Assembly: GCA_030264375.1 (NCBI GenBank)
Contig: JASCQW010000190.1
Coordinates: forward strand, 94,235,050 to 94,295,726
Length of the DNA stretch: 60,677 nt
From: Carcharhinus longimanus
Taxonomy: Eukaryota
Direction: 5' to 3'
Position numbers and translations under genes: made by a program. Shown here in pieces: positions 13,441 to 25,682 of this stretch. Within the stretch, counting starts at the first letter, position 1; each line of letters begins with the position of its first letter. The notes below the pieces were generated by a model. The model had not been told where the DNA came from, ran no database searches, and saw only the letters and a list, made by a program, of their open reading frames with translations.

Positions 13441-13660
13441 AAAACTGAAAATGCTGGAAAATCTCAGCAAGTCTGACAGTATCTGTGGGGAGAGAATACA
13501 GCCAAAGTTTTGAGTCAAGATGACTCTTCTGATGGAGGGTAATCTAGAATTGAAACATTGGCTCTATTCCCTCCCTACAGATGCTGTCAGACCTGCTGAA
13601 ATTTTCCAGCATTTTCTGTTTTTGTTTTAGATTCCAGCATCCATGGTACTTTGCTTTTGC
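13441..13660. repeat. Palindromic Penelope-derived terminal repeat (about 85-bp inverted arms)
   Basis: AAAACTGAAAATGCTGGAAAATCTCAGC... pairs with ...GCTGAAATTTTCCAGCATTTTCTGTTTT; single arms recur near 15620, 22465, 37200 and 53225. Confidence 0.7.
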
Positions 13661-15262
13661 ATACTCTACTATATCATTCGTTTGTGGAACTCACTAGTTA
13701 TGGACCTAATGGTGCACAGTCTCAGAACCCTTTTATACTCTATATCCAATCCATTACAAAAATCACGTATTTCAATTGGTAACATTACTTATTTCTATTC
13801 CTATTTCACCATCCTGATTTCCACTGAAACTCTCATCCATGTCTTTGTCAACTCAAGGTTCTCAACTTCTTGAATATTGTTCAAGCTTCACAGGTTGTAA
13901 TTCTGCCAGGGCTAGACACAAAAACTTTAGAATTCTGCATACTCCTTCAACATGCTGACCTCACTCCTCCTGCAACAATTAGCATTTGCTTTCCTGGGGT
14001 GGGATGGTGTTGCTAGGGTCCCGAGGGACATTACCTAACTAAATTTTGAATTTTTCAAACTACCTTAACAATAATTATCCTTTCCCTGCCAGTTAGAAAT
14101 TCTACTGGTAAACTCCATACAGTATGCTGGCACTTTTACTCCACCTTCCCCCAGTGCAACAGTGCCCTTCCCTTTGCCTTCATTTAAAAATGCAGAGTAT
14201 TCAAAGAAAGGATGAGCTTTGTTCACTATAATCACTTTGCATCAACAACAGTATTCAGATATAATATTAATCAATGATGAAGAAAGCATATCCAATAATG
14301 CATGACAGGCACACACTAAACAATTAATAATGAGCTCTACTTCAGGGAGGCAATTTCACAATGCACTCCATGTTTAACCTAGTGCTAGCAGTTCTACCGA
14401 TCAACTATAATTCTACAACTGTAATGTGACATACACTGCAATGTATCTGTGGCACAGCTCGAAATGTGCTCCAGACATATGGCAAANNNNNNNAACCTTT
14501 CCATCTTACTGAAAATCAGGCAGCCTTACAGCAGTATCTTACACCAGTTTCTTACACATTTTTCAATTTAAAAAACGTCAGCTTATGGCAGCAGTAACCC
14601 TTCAAGATCCCCTCAGTGCTGTTATCTGTAATTTTTGTCTCCTATATAGCAGTCTGGAGGTCTTGTAACACATTAGATAGTATCCTGCTTCTAAGCCAGA
14701 AGCCCCAGTTCAAGTTGTATTGATGGCCAAGGAAAGTGTATTCATAATGCCAACAAATAGGTTGGGTATCAACTTGTAAATCCATCCAAATATGGCAGTA
14801 AAGTGGGACAGATTCCTGATCAGCCATGTGATGGGAAGAAATTGGGACCTCTACCATCATTATCCATAGCTCCAGACTGCAAGATGCATGTACAAATGTA
14901 TATTGCCACAGCAACTCAGGATTCCTTGGAAAAGCTAGATTGCTAAGTTGGCTGGGCAGTGAGTATGGATGAGATTGGTATCAACAGCACGGCATTCAAT
15001 CCCCATTCTGGCTGGGAGCATTCAGCAATTATCTCCTTGCCTAACCCATGATGGAGGTTGTGGCACTGTGGGTCAGACCCGCCTTTGGACAGAGAAGTCA
15101 AGAAGAAGGAATATAAATTTCAGCTCATAGTTAACCATTCTTCCTACAGAAAACCTTTGTAAACTAAGGGCAAGGGGGAGAAAAAGACCCAATCTGTGAA
15201 ATAGCCATCTTTCATCTACATAGTTCTCCCCTTCTTATTATAGCTTCTCTAACTCTCTCATC

Positions 15263-15580
15263 ATAGAACCTCACAGAATCCCCACAATGCAGAAGGAAGC
15301 CATTCAGCCCATCAAGACTGCACTGACTGTTCGACAGAGCATCTACATCCATCACTCCTCCTCTTCCACTCCCCTAAACCATGGATAATCCATCTAATTT
15401 ACATACATTGGGACGCTAAAGGGCAATTTAGAATGACCAATCTACCTAGTTTGTCCATTTTTGGAGTGTGGAAGGAAACTGGAGCACCAAGAGAAAACCC
15501 ATGCAGACACCATGAGAATGTGCAAACTCCACACAGACAATCATCCAAGGCTGGCAGTGAATCTAGGTCCTTGCTGCCCA
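15263..15580 (-). mobile_element. HE1-like V-SINE with CR1-type tail
   Basis: V-domain plus tail ..GGGATTCTGTGAGGTTCTATG. Confidence 0.75.
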
Positions 15581-15812
15581 GGGTCATAGACACAGGTCTC
15601 CAACTATACTCTTCAATTACGTAAAAGCAAATTACTGCAGATGTTGGAATCTGAAACGAAAACAAAATACTGGAAAATCTCATCAACTCTGACAGCATCT
15701 GTGGAAAGAGAACAGAGCTAACTTTTCAAGTCAGGGTGACGTCAATTATGAACTTAATGTGCACTTTTTTTTGTTAAAAATATGGTTTTGGAGGCACAGA
15801 GCCATTATCTAC

Positions 15813-15856
15813 CTGATCCATTGTGAATCTTGGTTATAGGGTCCAGATGTGTCAGG
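15813..15856 (-). CDS. BRCC3: BRCC3 coding exon 7
   Basis: tttcag..gtagat; (S)LTHLDPITKIHNGS; phases match neighbours. Confidence 0.95.
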
Positions 15857-16739
15857 CTGAAAGAAATGGTAGAGAGTTTCAGCTTATGGAGAGCTTTCCA
15901 TTGGATACAAACATCTATTGACAGCAAGAAAGTAAACTAGATGAATAAACTTTGCACATACAAAAACAAGGCAAAGGGCACAGTATAATCTAGTAATCCA
16001 CCTGAAAATCATTATTTTGTTTCCAACAATACAAACACCAATAAATAAAAACAAATTAAGGTGGGAGACGAGAAAGCAGATTAACCGAGTCTTCTGCTAT
16101 AGGGAGAGGAATATCTCAGGATTGTTCGTACAAGAGATAATGAATCCAACTGATGCTTGTGACAGTTACAGAGTTGTTAGTATCATCAATTGCTTTTAAT
16201 TTGGCTTCTAAATAATGGCTTCAACAGAAGTATTCTGTTCAAAAACTCTGGAATTTCAGATTGAGAAATGTTTTGTAGACATGAACAGTACCATCATATA
16301 TTTTCACTGGAATATACATTAGTTTTGATTACATCAAATAAAAAAAAATTGGGTTAACTGAATCAGGATCATAGTGTTTGATTATTGTAAGAAGAGAAAG
16401 ACTGGATGATCCACTGAGCTACTGGCTGCCCTTTCACTCTGGGGGAGGGGGGCGCAATGGAGTTGGGCCCAAATGTACATNNNNNNNNNNNNNNNNNNNN
16501 NNNNNNNNNNNNNNNNNNNNNNNNNNNNNNNNNNNNNNNNNNNNNNNNNNNNNNNNNNNNNNNNNNNNNNNNNNNNNNNNGGATGGGGTGGGGGGGGGCA
16601 AAATTCACTGTCTGAAAGCCATCAATCGTATCAAGTAAATAGGTCTTGGCAGTCCCAACCACATACAAGTGAGCTTGAATCTTCAGCAAAAAATAATTAA
16701 TTCAGGTTCTAATAATCAAACATAAATCTGATGCCGATG

Positions 16740-17100
16740 AGGAGGTGGTGGCATCATGGCATTGTCACTGGACTAGTAATCCAGAAACCCAGGGTAATGC
16801 TCTGGGGACCAGAGTTTGAATCCCACCATGGCAAATGGTGGAATTTAACTACAATAACAACACCTGGAATTAACAGTCTAATAATAACCATGGGACCATT
16901 GGTTCACTAATGTCCTTTAGGGAAGGAAACCTGCCATCCTTACCTAGTCTGGCCTACATGTGATTCCAGATTCACAGCAATGTGGCTCTGAAATATCCTC
17001 TGAAATGGCCCAGCAAGCCACTCAGTTCGAGGACAATTAGGGGTGGGCAGCAAATGCTAATAACCTTGCCAGAGATGCACATATCCCATGAAAGAATAAA
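16740..17100 (+). mobile_element. tRNA-derived SINE whose tail matches a CR1-superfamily LINE 3' end
   Basis: Head with GTTTGAATCCC B-box; tail CAATTAGGGGTGGGCAGCAAATGCT..CCCATGAAAGAATAAA shared with 48355-48870. Confidence 0.65.
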
Positions 17101-17569
17101 GAAAACAAAGGTTTAACTCAACACTAATTTCAGTTTATTGTTAATCATCTAGCTTACTGATATGATAAAGTGATAAAGAGGGTGATCTTGAAACATATGC
17201 ATTAGCACACTGTTGGAGCAAATTATCTGTATCTGACCCATCTTATACTTGGTTTTCAGGTTCTTGATGCTAGGCTGCAAATTAGCATTGCAGCATTAGC
17301 ATCATCTGTTTGATAAGTGAATTAAAATGTTTGTATAAAAACAAGTCAACAAAACCATAATGCCGCTGACAAAATCTTAATCACTTCTATGATATGCAGA
17401 AGGGAATAAAGTGCAATCCTTTAGTTTGCACTATAATATAGATTCCTTTACAGCACTGACCTCAGTGTTTTTTCTCCAGAGTGATAATGCATCCACTCAA
17501 CAGAACTGAAGGACTTCATTGACAATTGGTCACATATATAATATATAAACACACATATACATAAATTCA

Positions 17570-18470
17570 ACATAGGAAGAGGACCAGGTCAGTTAGTCTC
17601 CAAGCCTTTTCCTCCATTGAATGAGATCATGGCGATTTGTGACCTAACTCCATATACCCAGTTTTGCCTCATAACCCTTCATGCTTTTGGTCCACAAAAA
17701 TCTACCAAATTTAAAATTAATACTTGATCTATATATGGGAGTCGATTAGCCCAGTTGGCTGAATGGTATAGAATGATATAAATGACACATATACAATCCC
17801 CATACTGGCTGTGATAGATTACAGAAGCCTTCCCTTTTGCCTTGTCCCATTATTAACATGGGAGTGGTGCTCCTCAAGCTATGGTGAACAATGACTAATT
17901 CTTTAATTGATCTATCATCAACTGAAGTTTGTGCAAGGAAGTTCCAAATTTGTACCATTCTTGACATGAAGAAATGCTTCCCAATTTCACCTCTAAAAGT
18001 TCTGGCTCTAATCTTTTGACTAATCTCCTTAACTCCAAACTTCCTGACTAGAGGAAATTGTTTTTTCCCAATCTATCCTCTTTGTTCCTCTTATACCTTG
18101 AAAACTTTGATCAAAACAACCCTCAACCTCTAAATTCTAGGGGACATAATCCTAGTTTGTGTGATCTTTCCTCATAATTTAACTTTGGGACAAGGCATCA
18201 TTTTAATAAATCTATGCTGCATTTCTTCCATAGGCTAATATATCCTCCCTAAGGCATGACATTCAGAAATGCTCATTGTGTTCCAGTGTGATCTAAACAA
18301 AGCTTCACATAGCTGAAGCATGTCTTTTAATCCATTGTATTCCATTCCTCGTGATATAAAGGCCATCATTCCACTAGTTTTGTTGATAATTTTCTGTACC
18401 TGTTCATGACATTTTAATGATCGGCATACCTGGAAGCCAAAGTTTCTTTAGACCGCCATTGTTTCTACCT
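17570..18470 (-). mobile_element. CR1 LINE 3' fragment (interrupted by a short SINE near 17735-17890)
   Basis: CR1 3' UTR and C-terminal ORF2 remnants. Confidence 0.6.
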
Positions 18471-18526
18471 AGTCGCTAGTTAAATAGTGTCAAATACTCA
18501 AAGTTACATCTCATTTCTAACTTTAC

Positions 18527-18658
18527 CTGTGAATTCTTCTGTAAGCATCCTGCTCCTCTTGACAAAGAATTTTTGGAAGTTCCACAGCAGACTCCAGACA
18601 CACTTTACCAATGGTTTCATGGGGAACAACATGAATAGGGATTTCTATGCGTTCATAC
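18527..18658 (-). CDS. BRCC3: BRCC3 coding exon 6
   Basis: tacag..gtaaag; YERIEIPIHVVPHETIGKVCLESAVELPKILCQEEQDAYRRIH. Confidence 0.96.
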
Positions 18659-19063
18659 CTGTAATCAAATTATCAAAAGGTTAGTGAGATTTGGACAATA
18701 TCCTAGCCTATAAGCTTAGGTCAAGTACTTTATACTTGTATGACCCCCAGATTAAATTACAGCTCTACTAACTTCTATGTATTCTGAAAATTAAATCTCT
18801 GTAAATTGATATTGTTTTCTCCACTAATTGGTTATCTCACACAATGTTCACACCCTGACAGAGAAGGCAAACGGTCAGCTCCCAGCCTTTTTGAAAAGTA
18901 CTACGAGGACATATGCATGCATGGGCCAAATGTCCGACTTTTCCATTACTTCCACTTAGCATTTTCCCATACTTATAACATTAATCGTCTCATATTAAAA
19001 ACGATGGTCCTCAGTTTAAATTATTTTCATTAGAGTAACATACTTAGTATACATTATACTTAC

Positions 19064-19119
19064 TCAGAACCTTTCTGTGCTTGAATTGACTGGAAACAGG
19101 TATAGAGAACTCGGCCAGT
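19064..19119 (-). CDS. BRCC3: BRCC3 coding exon 5
   Basis: tttcag..gtaagt; TGRVLYTCFQSIQAQKGS(E). Confidence 0.96.
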
Positions 19120-19814
19120 CTGAAAAAACATGTAAAAAACATATTCTTTAATCCTGCTGCCTAATTTTTCTATTGTCTTCTTACTTTAAACCACAAATCC
19201 TTCCAACTGGTGCTTTTTACAATAAGAGCTACCGTAAAATTTAGGTGAAATTCAATTAACTATTCACATCCTGAAGCATGAATCATAATAATTTTGCAGG
19301 AAAGCACTCATGCCTTAATTAAACTTATTCTGAAATCAGCCTCTCTCTTTATGAGCATATATTCAAATCTAAGCTAGACTGAAGGGATAAATGTGGCTTT
19401 TACCTTTGGTAGCAGTAAGGTATGGATGTGAAACACATTTGGATCAGTATCAACCCAAGTCCACAGCATGAAACTAGCAATAAATCGTTACAAATTGGCA
19501 ATCATGCTCATCAATGCAACAAGGAGGATTTGTCTGGGCAACATTATATTGTTGCAACAGATAGTCCTTTTTTAAGCTTGGATTTTGAAAAATTAATTCA
19601 AAGCATGTGAACGTCATGGGCAAGGACTGATTTATTGCCCATCCCAGAAGGTGGTAGTAATTCTTCTTAAACTAACTGCAGTCCATGTGGTGATATTACT
19701 CCCATATTGCTGTCAGGTAGGTGGCTCCAGTGATGATGAAAAAACCAACATGTTTTGTTCTGAGCTCAGTTGATGTCACTATTGAACAGTGTTTCTTTGG
19801 AGTATACAAGGACA

Positions 19815-20445
19815 TCCAGTCATGAGTCCACCATTAGCACGAGATTTCAATGATGTAGTGGCAATGGATCAAAAGATATGGAGCAGTGACAAAGACAGCT
19901 ATCTATTGCACTTTGTGGACATGGCCACCCAGTTTAGCCTATCTACGGTGATTTACAACAAAGATAAAAAGACCATTATAGATAAAATTCTGGATTTAAA
20001 CAGGATTGGGGACACCATCTAAATTTTTGACGGTGAATTCGCAAATGATGAGTTTCAAGGTGTGTGTGAAAATTTAAATATTGTAATAATGCAAACTGCA
20101 GCAGAGAGCCCATTCAGCAATGGGCTCTGTGAAAGGGATCACGCAGCTACAGATGACATGGTGCATAAAATTTTGGTGGATCAACTGGGCTGTAAATTGC
20201 AGGTTGCATTACCATGGGCAGTGCATTCGAAAATTCTTTATAGATGGTGGGGGGCCCTGCGGAGAAACATATAGTCCATACCAGTTGGGTATGAATCTAA
20301 AATTGCCATCAGTATTAACAGATGCTTCTCTGGCACTAAAAGGGTCACACATTAGCTCCATGTTTTTGGCAGATTTTAACACTATGCACGCAGGGAGAAA
20401 GGTCCTCATTAAGGCCGAGGTTTCAAAACGGGCAAGAAGGGCCCT
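19815..20445 (+). mobile_element. Decayed retroelement integrase (rve/DDE) fragment
   Basis: FNDVVAMD..LHFVDMAT..GEFANDEF..TAAESPFSNGLCER..SPYQL, broken by frameshifts. Confidence 0.75.
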
Positions 20446-21164
20446 TACTCCAAACTTGGGGCCTTGCCCTGGGCCTATCCAAGCTCCCCACAATTCCCAA
20501 CAGGTTCTTATTTGTAGTGATATTATTCATATCTGTGAACTATACCTATATCTATTGAACTATATTTATAGTTCTTATTTATAGCTAACTGTGGTCAGAC
20601 AATACCCCACACTGAAACCAAGTGGCAGATGCCATCCAATTGAGCTTCTGTAGATTTCTCCTCAAATCCTCCAGATGATTATTATACTGTGAGTCAATTG
20701 ATCTCAATGGACTCTGGCTTTCACTTGAGACTTGCCAAACTCTGCTCTTGAAAAGACACACCTTAAAACCTCCTTTTAAACAATGTCTTCCCTCAACTAT
20801 TTCCAACAAGGATCCATTTACAGAATTTGCAACTTCACTTTCAGTATTTCTTTGAATAACTGCAAGCTTTCAAACTTGCACATAACCTTTCAGGGATCTA
20901 GCCACCAATTGCTTCAACTTTAACTTCACAGGCTATACTAAGTTACCACCAATTTCAGGAATGCTTCTGATATCTCTAGCTTTACTTCAGTGTTCCTGGA
21001 CACTTCTCTTAATTCTCTAGTTTCTATGACTATTCTTTAGTTTCTGGTACCTGCATTTTTGCACATTACTCCACTGTTCTGCATGTAACAGGGCAGAGAG
21101 AGCAGTTCTGTCCAGCTGTTGAGCTCCTTCTGTCAGGGTCCAGTTAAACCAAAAACATTGGGGG

Positions 21165-22075
21165 GGCGGGGGATACAATTCTTCCAGCCCGCTGCGCTAA
21201 TTTTTTAGTGTCCAGTTCTGAGCATGTCTCCCAGCGCCGGATTTCCAGCATTGAGCTGCATTATATTTCAGACCCTGATTTTAAAATGATTTAAATATAA
21301 TTAGTGGGCCCAGGACTGAAGTCTTCAGGCTCGCTAGCCTCTCCTCACCTCTGCCAGGATTATTTCACTCCAGTGGGTTTATTATAGGTCCCACTAACGG
21401 GGAGCTGACGGCCCAACCCCGCTGGAGTGAAGGGGGCAACTGAGGCCCCCCAGAGGGTCAGATGTTGGAGGAGAGACCCCTGACCATTGCTACATTGACA
21501 GTGCCAGCCTGGGCCCCCTGCACTGTCCAAGGGGCAAAGTGCCAATGCCCAGGGGCACATTGCCCCTTTGCCTGGTGAGCAATGCCAATCAGTGGGGGAC
21601 GGTGTCCTGCTGCCACTACAGTTGGGGGAAGGAGAGAGGCCAGCGATTGGTGGGTGGGGTCAGCAATATGGTGAGGGGTGAAGTCGAGGTGGACTGGGAG
21701 GATGAGGTCAAAGGTGGTCCGGAATGTTCGGGGGGCCAGCGATCAGGCTATGGGGGGCTGAGAGGGTCAGCACTGCGTAGTCGTGGGGATGGCCAGTAAT
21801 TGGGAGGCTGGCAGACAGACGCCACTATGCGTGTACTGACCTCGGCTTTGACAGATCGGTGCGTGCACAGTAGCCCAGTCTGCGCTATGCTGTCAGTCTT
21901 TCTAACAGGAATAGGCCCCGTCCACTGATTTTTAATGAGATTTATGCTAGCGCATCTGCAGTACAGAGTGTGGGAGATTCATTTTGAAAATCCCACTGAA
22001 AAAACTGGCGTGGTTTACTCCAGTATTCATGCAAATTCAATATTTGGAATTTGTTTGTGGGATTCCTCTCCAGTT
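21165..22075. mobile_element. GC-rich Harbinger-like MITE family copy
   Basis: Shares TTTCACTCCAGTGGG..CGGGGAGCTG..GGCCCAACCC.GCTGGA.TGAAG with 1365-1446. Confidence 0.5.
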
Positions 22076-22650
22076 TTTTTCTTAAAGGTGGCCCATGGTT
22101 GCTATGCAACAGCTCATTCTTTCTCCAAGCTCACAACATAAGCACAATAGAGACACAGACGTGCAAACACCTTTGTTTAACATAGAGTATTTTCTTACCC
22201 AGAAAAACTAAATTAAACTCACTTAAATCCATACCTTACTTCTGATACCCAACAGTACAAACGTAGGTTATTTAAAACTGCCTTGGCTTTCTGACAGTTT
22301 CTAAGTCAGGATGGAATTTATTGACAAGAGATTTTTCTTCACTAAACTTTCATTTCGGTCTGTCTGGCAACAACAATGCTGTTCGTCAACAGCCACTAAA
22401 GGGCAAAAGCAGGTCAAATGATTTTCTCTACCATCCTTTGAAAAAGTAGTGAACCATGAAAATAAAACCAAAATACTGAAGATTCTGCAGATCACAAATA
22501 AAAACAGAAAGTGCTGGAAAAGCTCAGCAGTTCCATGGAGAAAGAAACAGAGTTATGTTTCAAGTCCAATCTGACTTTTTTTCAGAAGCAGTAAACCGCC
22601 ACTGGCTGCCACCAAAAGGACACACATTAGAGTAAAGAGCTGGTACGTAC

Positions 22651-22739
22651 CTTGGTATTCTTGTCCTCAATGAAACAGGAGAAGATCAGCCCTACAAAGC
22701 CCTGGTCCATCATCTGGTACATGGCCTGAGTACGGACAT
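22651..22739 (-). CDS. BRCC3: BRCC3 coding exon 4
   Basis: gtcag..gtacgt; (D)VRTQAMYQMMDQGFVGLIFSCFIEDKNTK. Confidence 0.96.
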
Positions 22740-23599
22740 CTGACAGAGATAACAGAGAATATAAAGAAATTGATCATGTTTGCTTCTTGAATAGATTGAT
22801 TGTGTAAATTGAACTGGCAAGGAAACTAAATGTACTCCAAACCATTCCAGCAAAAAGACATTAACAGTTAGGATCTGAATTGGTATATTACAGACTTAAG
22901 ACAAATTTTACTGGCAAGGTGCACTTCTATTATGACATAATGCATAATATCCGAAGGGCTAACATAACTGTCTGCCCTCATGCAGACAGTTACTGTTAAA
23001 ATCCTTAAGGAAATATATCCACTCCTGCAAAATGAAAAGCAAAGGACCAATTTTCTCTTTTAAGCAGACTCAAACAAAACACTGTGAGATCACAGAAGCC
23101 CATGCTGCATGACAATATTAGAAACCAAAGTCACTTAACAAATTTAAGCCACTGGATAAAGCTCCCTGACGACTTTGGGGTAAAAACCATCCAAAATGCT
23201 TAGTAAAATGTGAAAAGCCTTTTGGTTTATCTAGTTTATTTTTAAATGGAAGCATCCGTATGTCTCTTTGATAACATGAGTCCACTTGACCCAAAGATTC
23301 CAGATTCTGTTCTGATTTTGCCAGTCTTTGGAATCAATGGGGATACTTCAACTAGGTTGTAAACCACAAAGCCAGGCAGGAAGAAGAAAATACAAATAAG
23401 TGATCCTCTGTAAGTACACGTGCTCCGGACAATTAGCTAAGATACAAAAGTCAATTTTTTTTTCAACTTCTATTGAAGATGATAGGAAATACTGGAAGGT
23501 GTGCACAACGAACATTCAATCCACAATGCTAACATCAACATCTGTCAGTGAACGTTAAAAGTCTATCTCACAGTGTCCTAGCTCATACATAAAAATAAT

Positions 23600-25465
23600 T
23601 TATTTGAGTAAGGTATCAGAAGAATGCTATGGGAGGCGAAGCAAGAAATTGCAGGGGTTCTGACACAAATTTTTAATTTCTCTCTGTCCACGGGGGAAGT
23701 GCCAGACAACTGGAGGACGGCTAATGTGGTTCCACTTTTCACAAAGGATGGTAGAGATGAACCAGGCAATTACAGACCGGTGAATCTCACATCAGTGGCA
23801 GGAAAATTATTGGAGAAAATTCTGAAGGAGGGGATTAACCTCCATTGAAAAGACATGGGTTGATTAGGGATAGTCAGCATGGCTTCGTCAGAGGAAGGTC
23901 ATGCCTAACAAATTAGAGAAACTTCTTCCAAAATGTAATCAACTCTGTTGATGAGAGGAGTGCAGTTGATGTAGTTTATATGAGTTTCAGCAGAGCTTTT
24001 GACAAGGTCCACATGAGACACTGATTGAGAAGGTTGAAGCACATGGAATTCAGGGAAATTTGGTGAGATGGATCCAAAACTGGCTTAATAATAGGACACA
24101 AAAGGTGGTGGTAGAAGGCTACTTGAAGGTAGAAGGCTGGTGTCCACTGTCATACCATAAGGTTCAGTGCTGGGTCCCTATTATTTGTTATATACATAAA
24201 TGATACAGATGTGGAGGAAATAATAAGCAAGTTTGGAGTTGACACCAAGATTAGCACTGTATGAAATGAAAGCGAGGGTCAATGTATTTGTGGATATGTC
24301 AACCGACACAGAATGGCAAATTTAGGGTATTAGAAGTTTTGTCATTTCAGTGTTCAATTTATATGAAGGTCGTGGATTTATTTGGAGTGGCAATTGTTGG
24401 NNNNNNNNNNNNNNNNNNNNNNNNNNNNNNNNNNNNNNNNNNNNNNNNNNNNNNNNNNNNNNNNNNNNNNNNNNNNNNNNNNNNNNNNNNNNNNNNNNNN
24501 NNNNNNNNNNNNNNNNNNNNNNNNNNNNNNNNNNNNNNNNNNNNNNNNNNNNNNNNNNNNNNNNNNNNNNNNNNNNNNNNNNNNNNNNNNNNNNNNNNNN
24601 NNNNNNNNNNNNNNNNNNNNNNNNNNNNNNNNNNNNNNNNNNNNNNNNNNNNNNNNNNNNNNNNNNNNNNNNNNNNNNNNNNNNNNNNNNNNNNNNNNNN
24701 NNNNNNNNNNNNNNNNNNNNNNNNNNNNNNNNNNNNNNNNNNNNNNNNNNNNNNNNNNNNNNNNNNNNNNNNNNNNNNNNNNNNNNNNNNNNNNNNNNNN
24801 NNNNNNNNNNNNNNNNNNNNNNNNNNNNNNNNNNNNNNNNNNNNNNNNNNNNNNNNNNNNNNNNNNNNNNNNNNNNNNNNNNNNNNNNNNNNNNNNNNNN
24901 NNNNNNNNNNNNNNNNNNNNNNNNNNNNNNNNNNNNNNNNNNNNNNNNNNNNNNNNNNNNNNNNNNNNNNNNNNNNNNNNNNNNNNNNNNNNNNNNNNNN
25001 NNNNNNNNNNNNNNNNNNNNNNNNNNNNNNNNNNNNNNNNNNNNNNNNNNNNNNNNNNNNNNNNNNNNNNNNNNNNNNNNNNNNNNNNNNNNNNNNNNNN
25101 NNNNNNNNNNNNNNNNNNNNNNNNNNNNNNNNNNNNNNNNNNNNNNNNNNNNNNNNNNNNNNNNNNNNNNNNNNNNNNNNNNNNNNNNNNNNNNNNNNNG
25201 TCCCCTCGAAAGCTTGTGAGTTTACTATCAAATAAATCGGTTGGACTAAAACCTGGTGTTGTCAGACTTTTTACAAGGTTATGGAGGCCAGGAACCTTAC
25301 AACCTTTAAAAAGTATTTGGATGAGCACTTGAAATATCATTACATTCAAGGATATGAGACAAGCGCTGGAAAATTGAATTACCATGACTTTACGAATAAT
25401 TATTGTTGGCGCAGATTCGATGGGCTGAAGGGGCTTTTCTGCGCTGTACAATTCTATGGTTGTTA
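23600..25465 (+). mobile_element. CR1 LINE (RT region and 3' end) spanning an assembly gap
   Basis: WRTANVVPLFTK..PGNYRPVNLTS..SQHGF..SRAFDKV..GSVLGP..DTKI before the gap; CR1 3' end after it. Confidence 0.8.
24401..25199. other. Largest assembly gap (others near 405, 14488, 16481, 28453, 31592, 47219, 52759, 54973)
   Basis: Runs of N. Confidence 0.99.
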
Positions 25466-25594
25466 ACAACTTTGGCATTAAGGAGAAAAGGGGAGAAAAG
25501 TCTTCACTAGCAGGGGATATCTACTCTCTTAACTGCTCACATAGATCACCATAGCTTCACTGTTACTTGATAACTAATTCAATCATTTACTTAC

Positions 25595-25682
25595 CCACAT
25601 GTGAAGGCCATACTGTGATATGAGGGTGAGAATGATACCATCCTACCACTCTCATTGGGCGACCAGTCATTTCAGCTAACCT
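25595..25682 (-). CDS. BRCC3: BRCC3 coding exon 3 (JAMM motif)
   Basis: AC acceptor..gtaagt; RLAEMTGRPMRVVGWYHSHPHITVWPSHV; with the next exon gives the intact HxHx7Sx2D JAMM Zn motif. Confidence 0.96.

Noticed and set aside
24282-25478. Long 290-366 aa ORFs
   Set aside because: Artefacts of translating through N runs; the same applies to ORFs at the other gaps.
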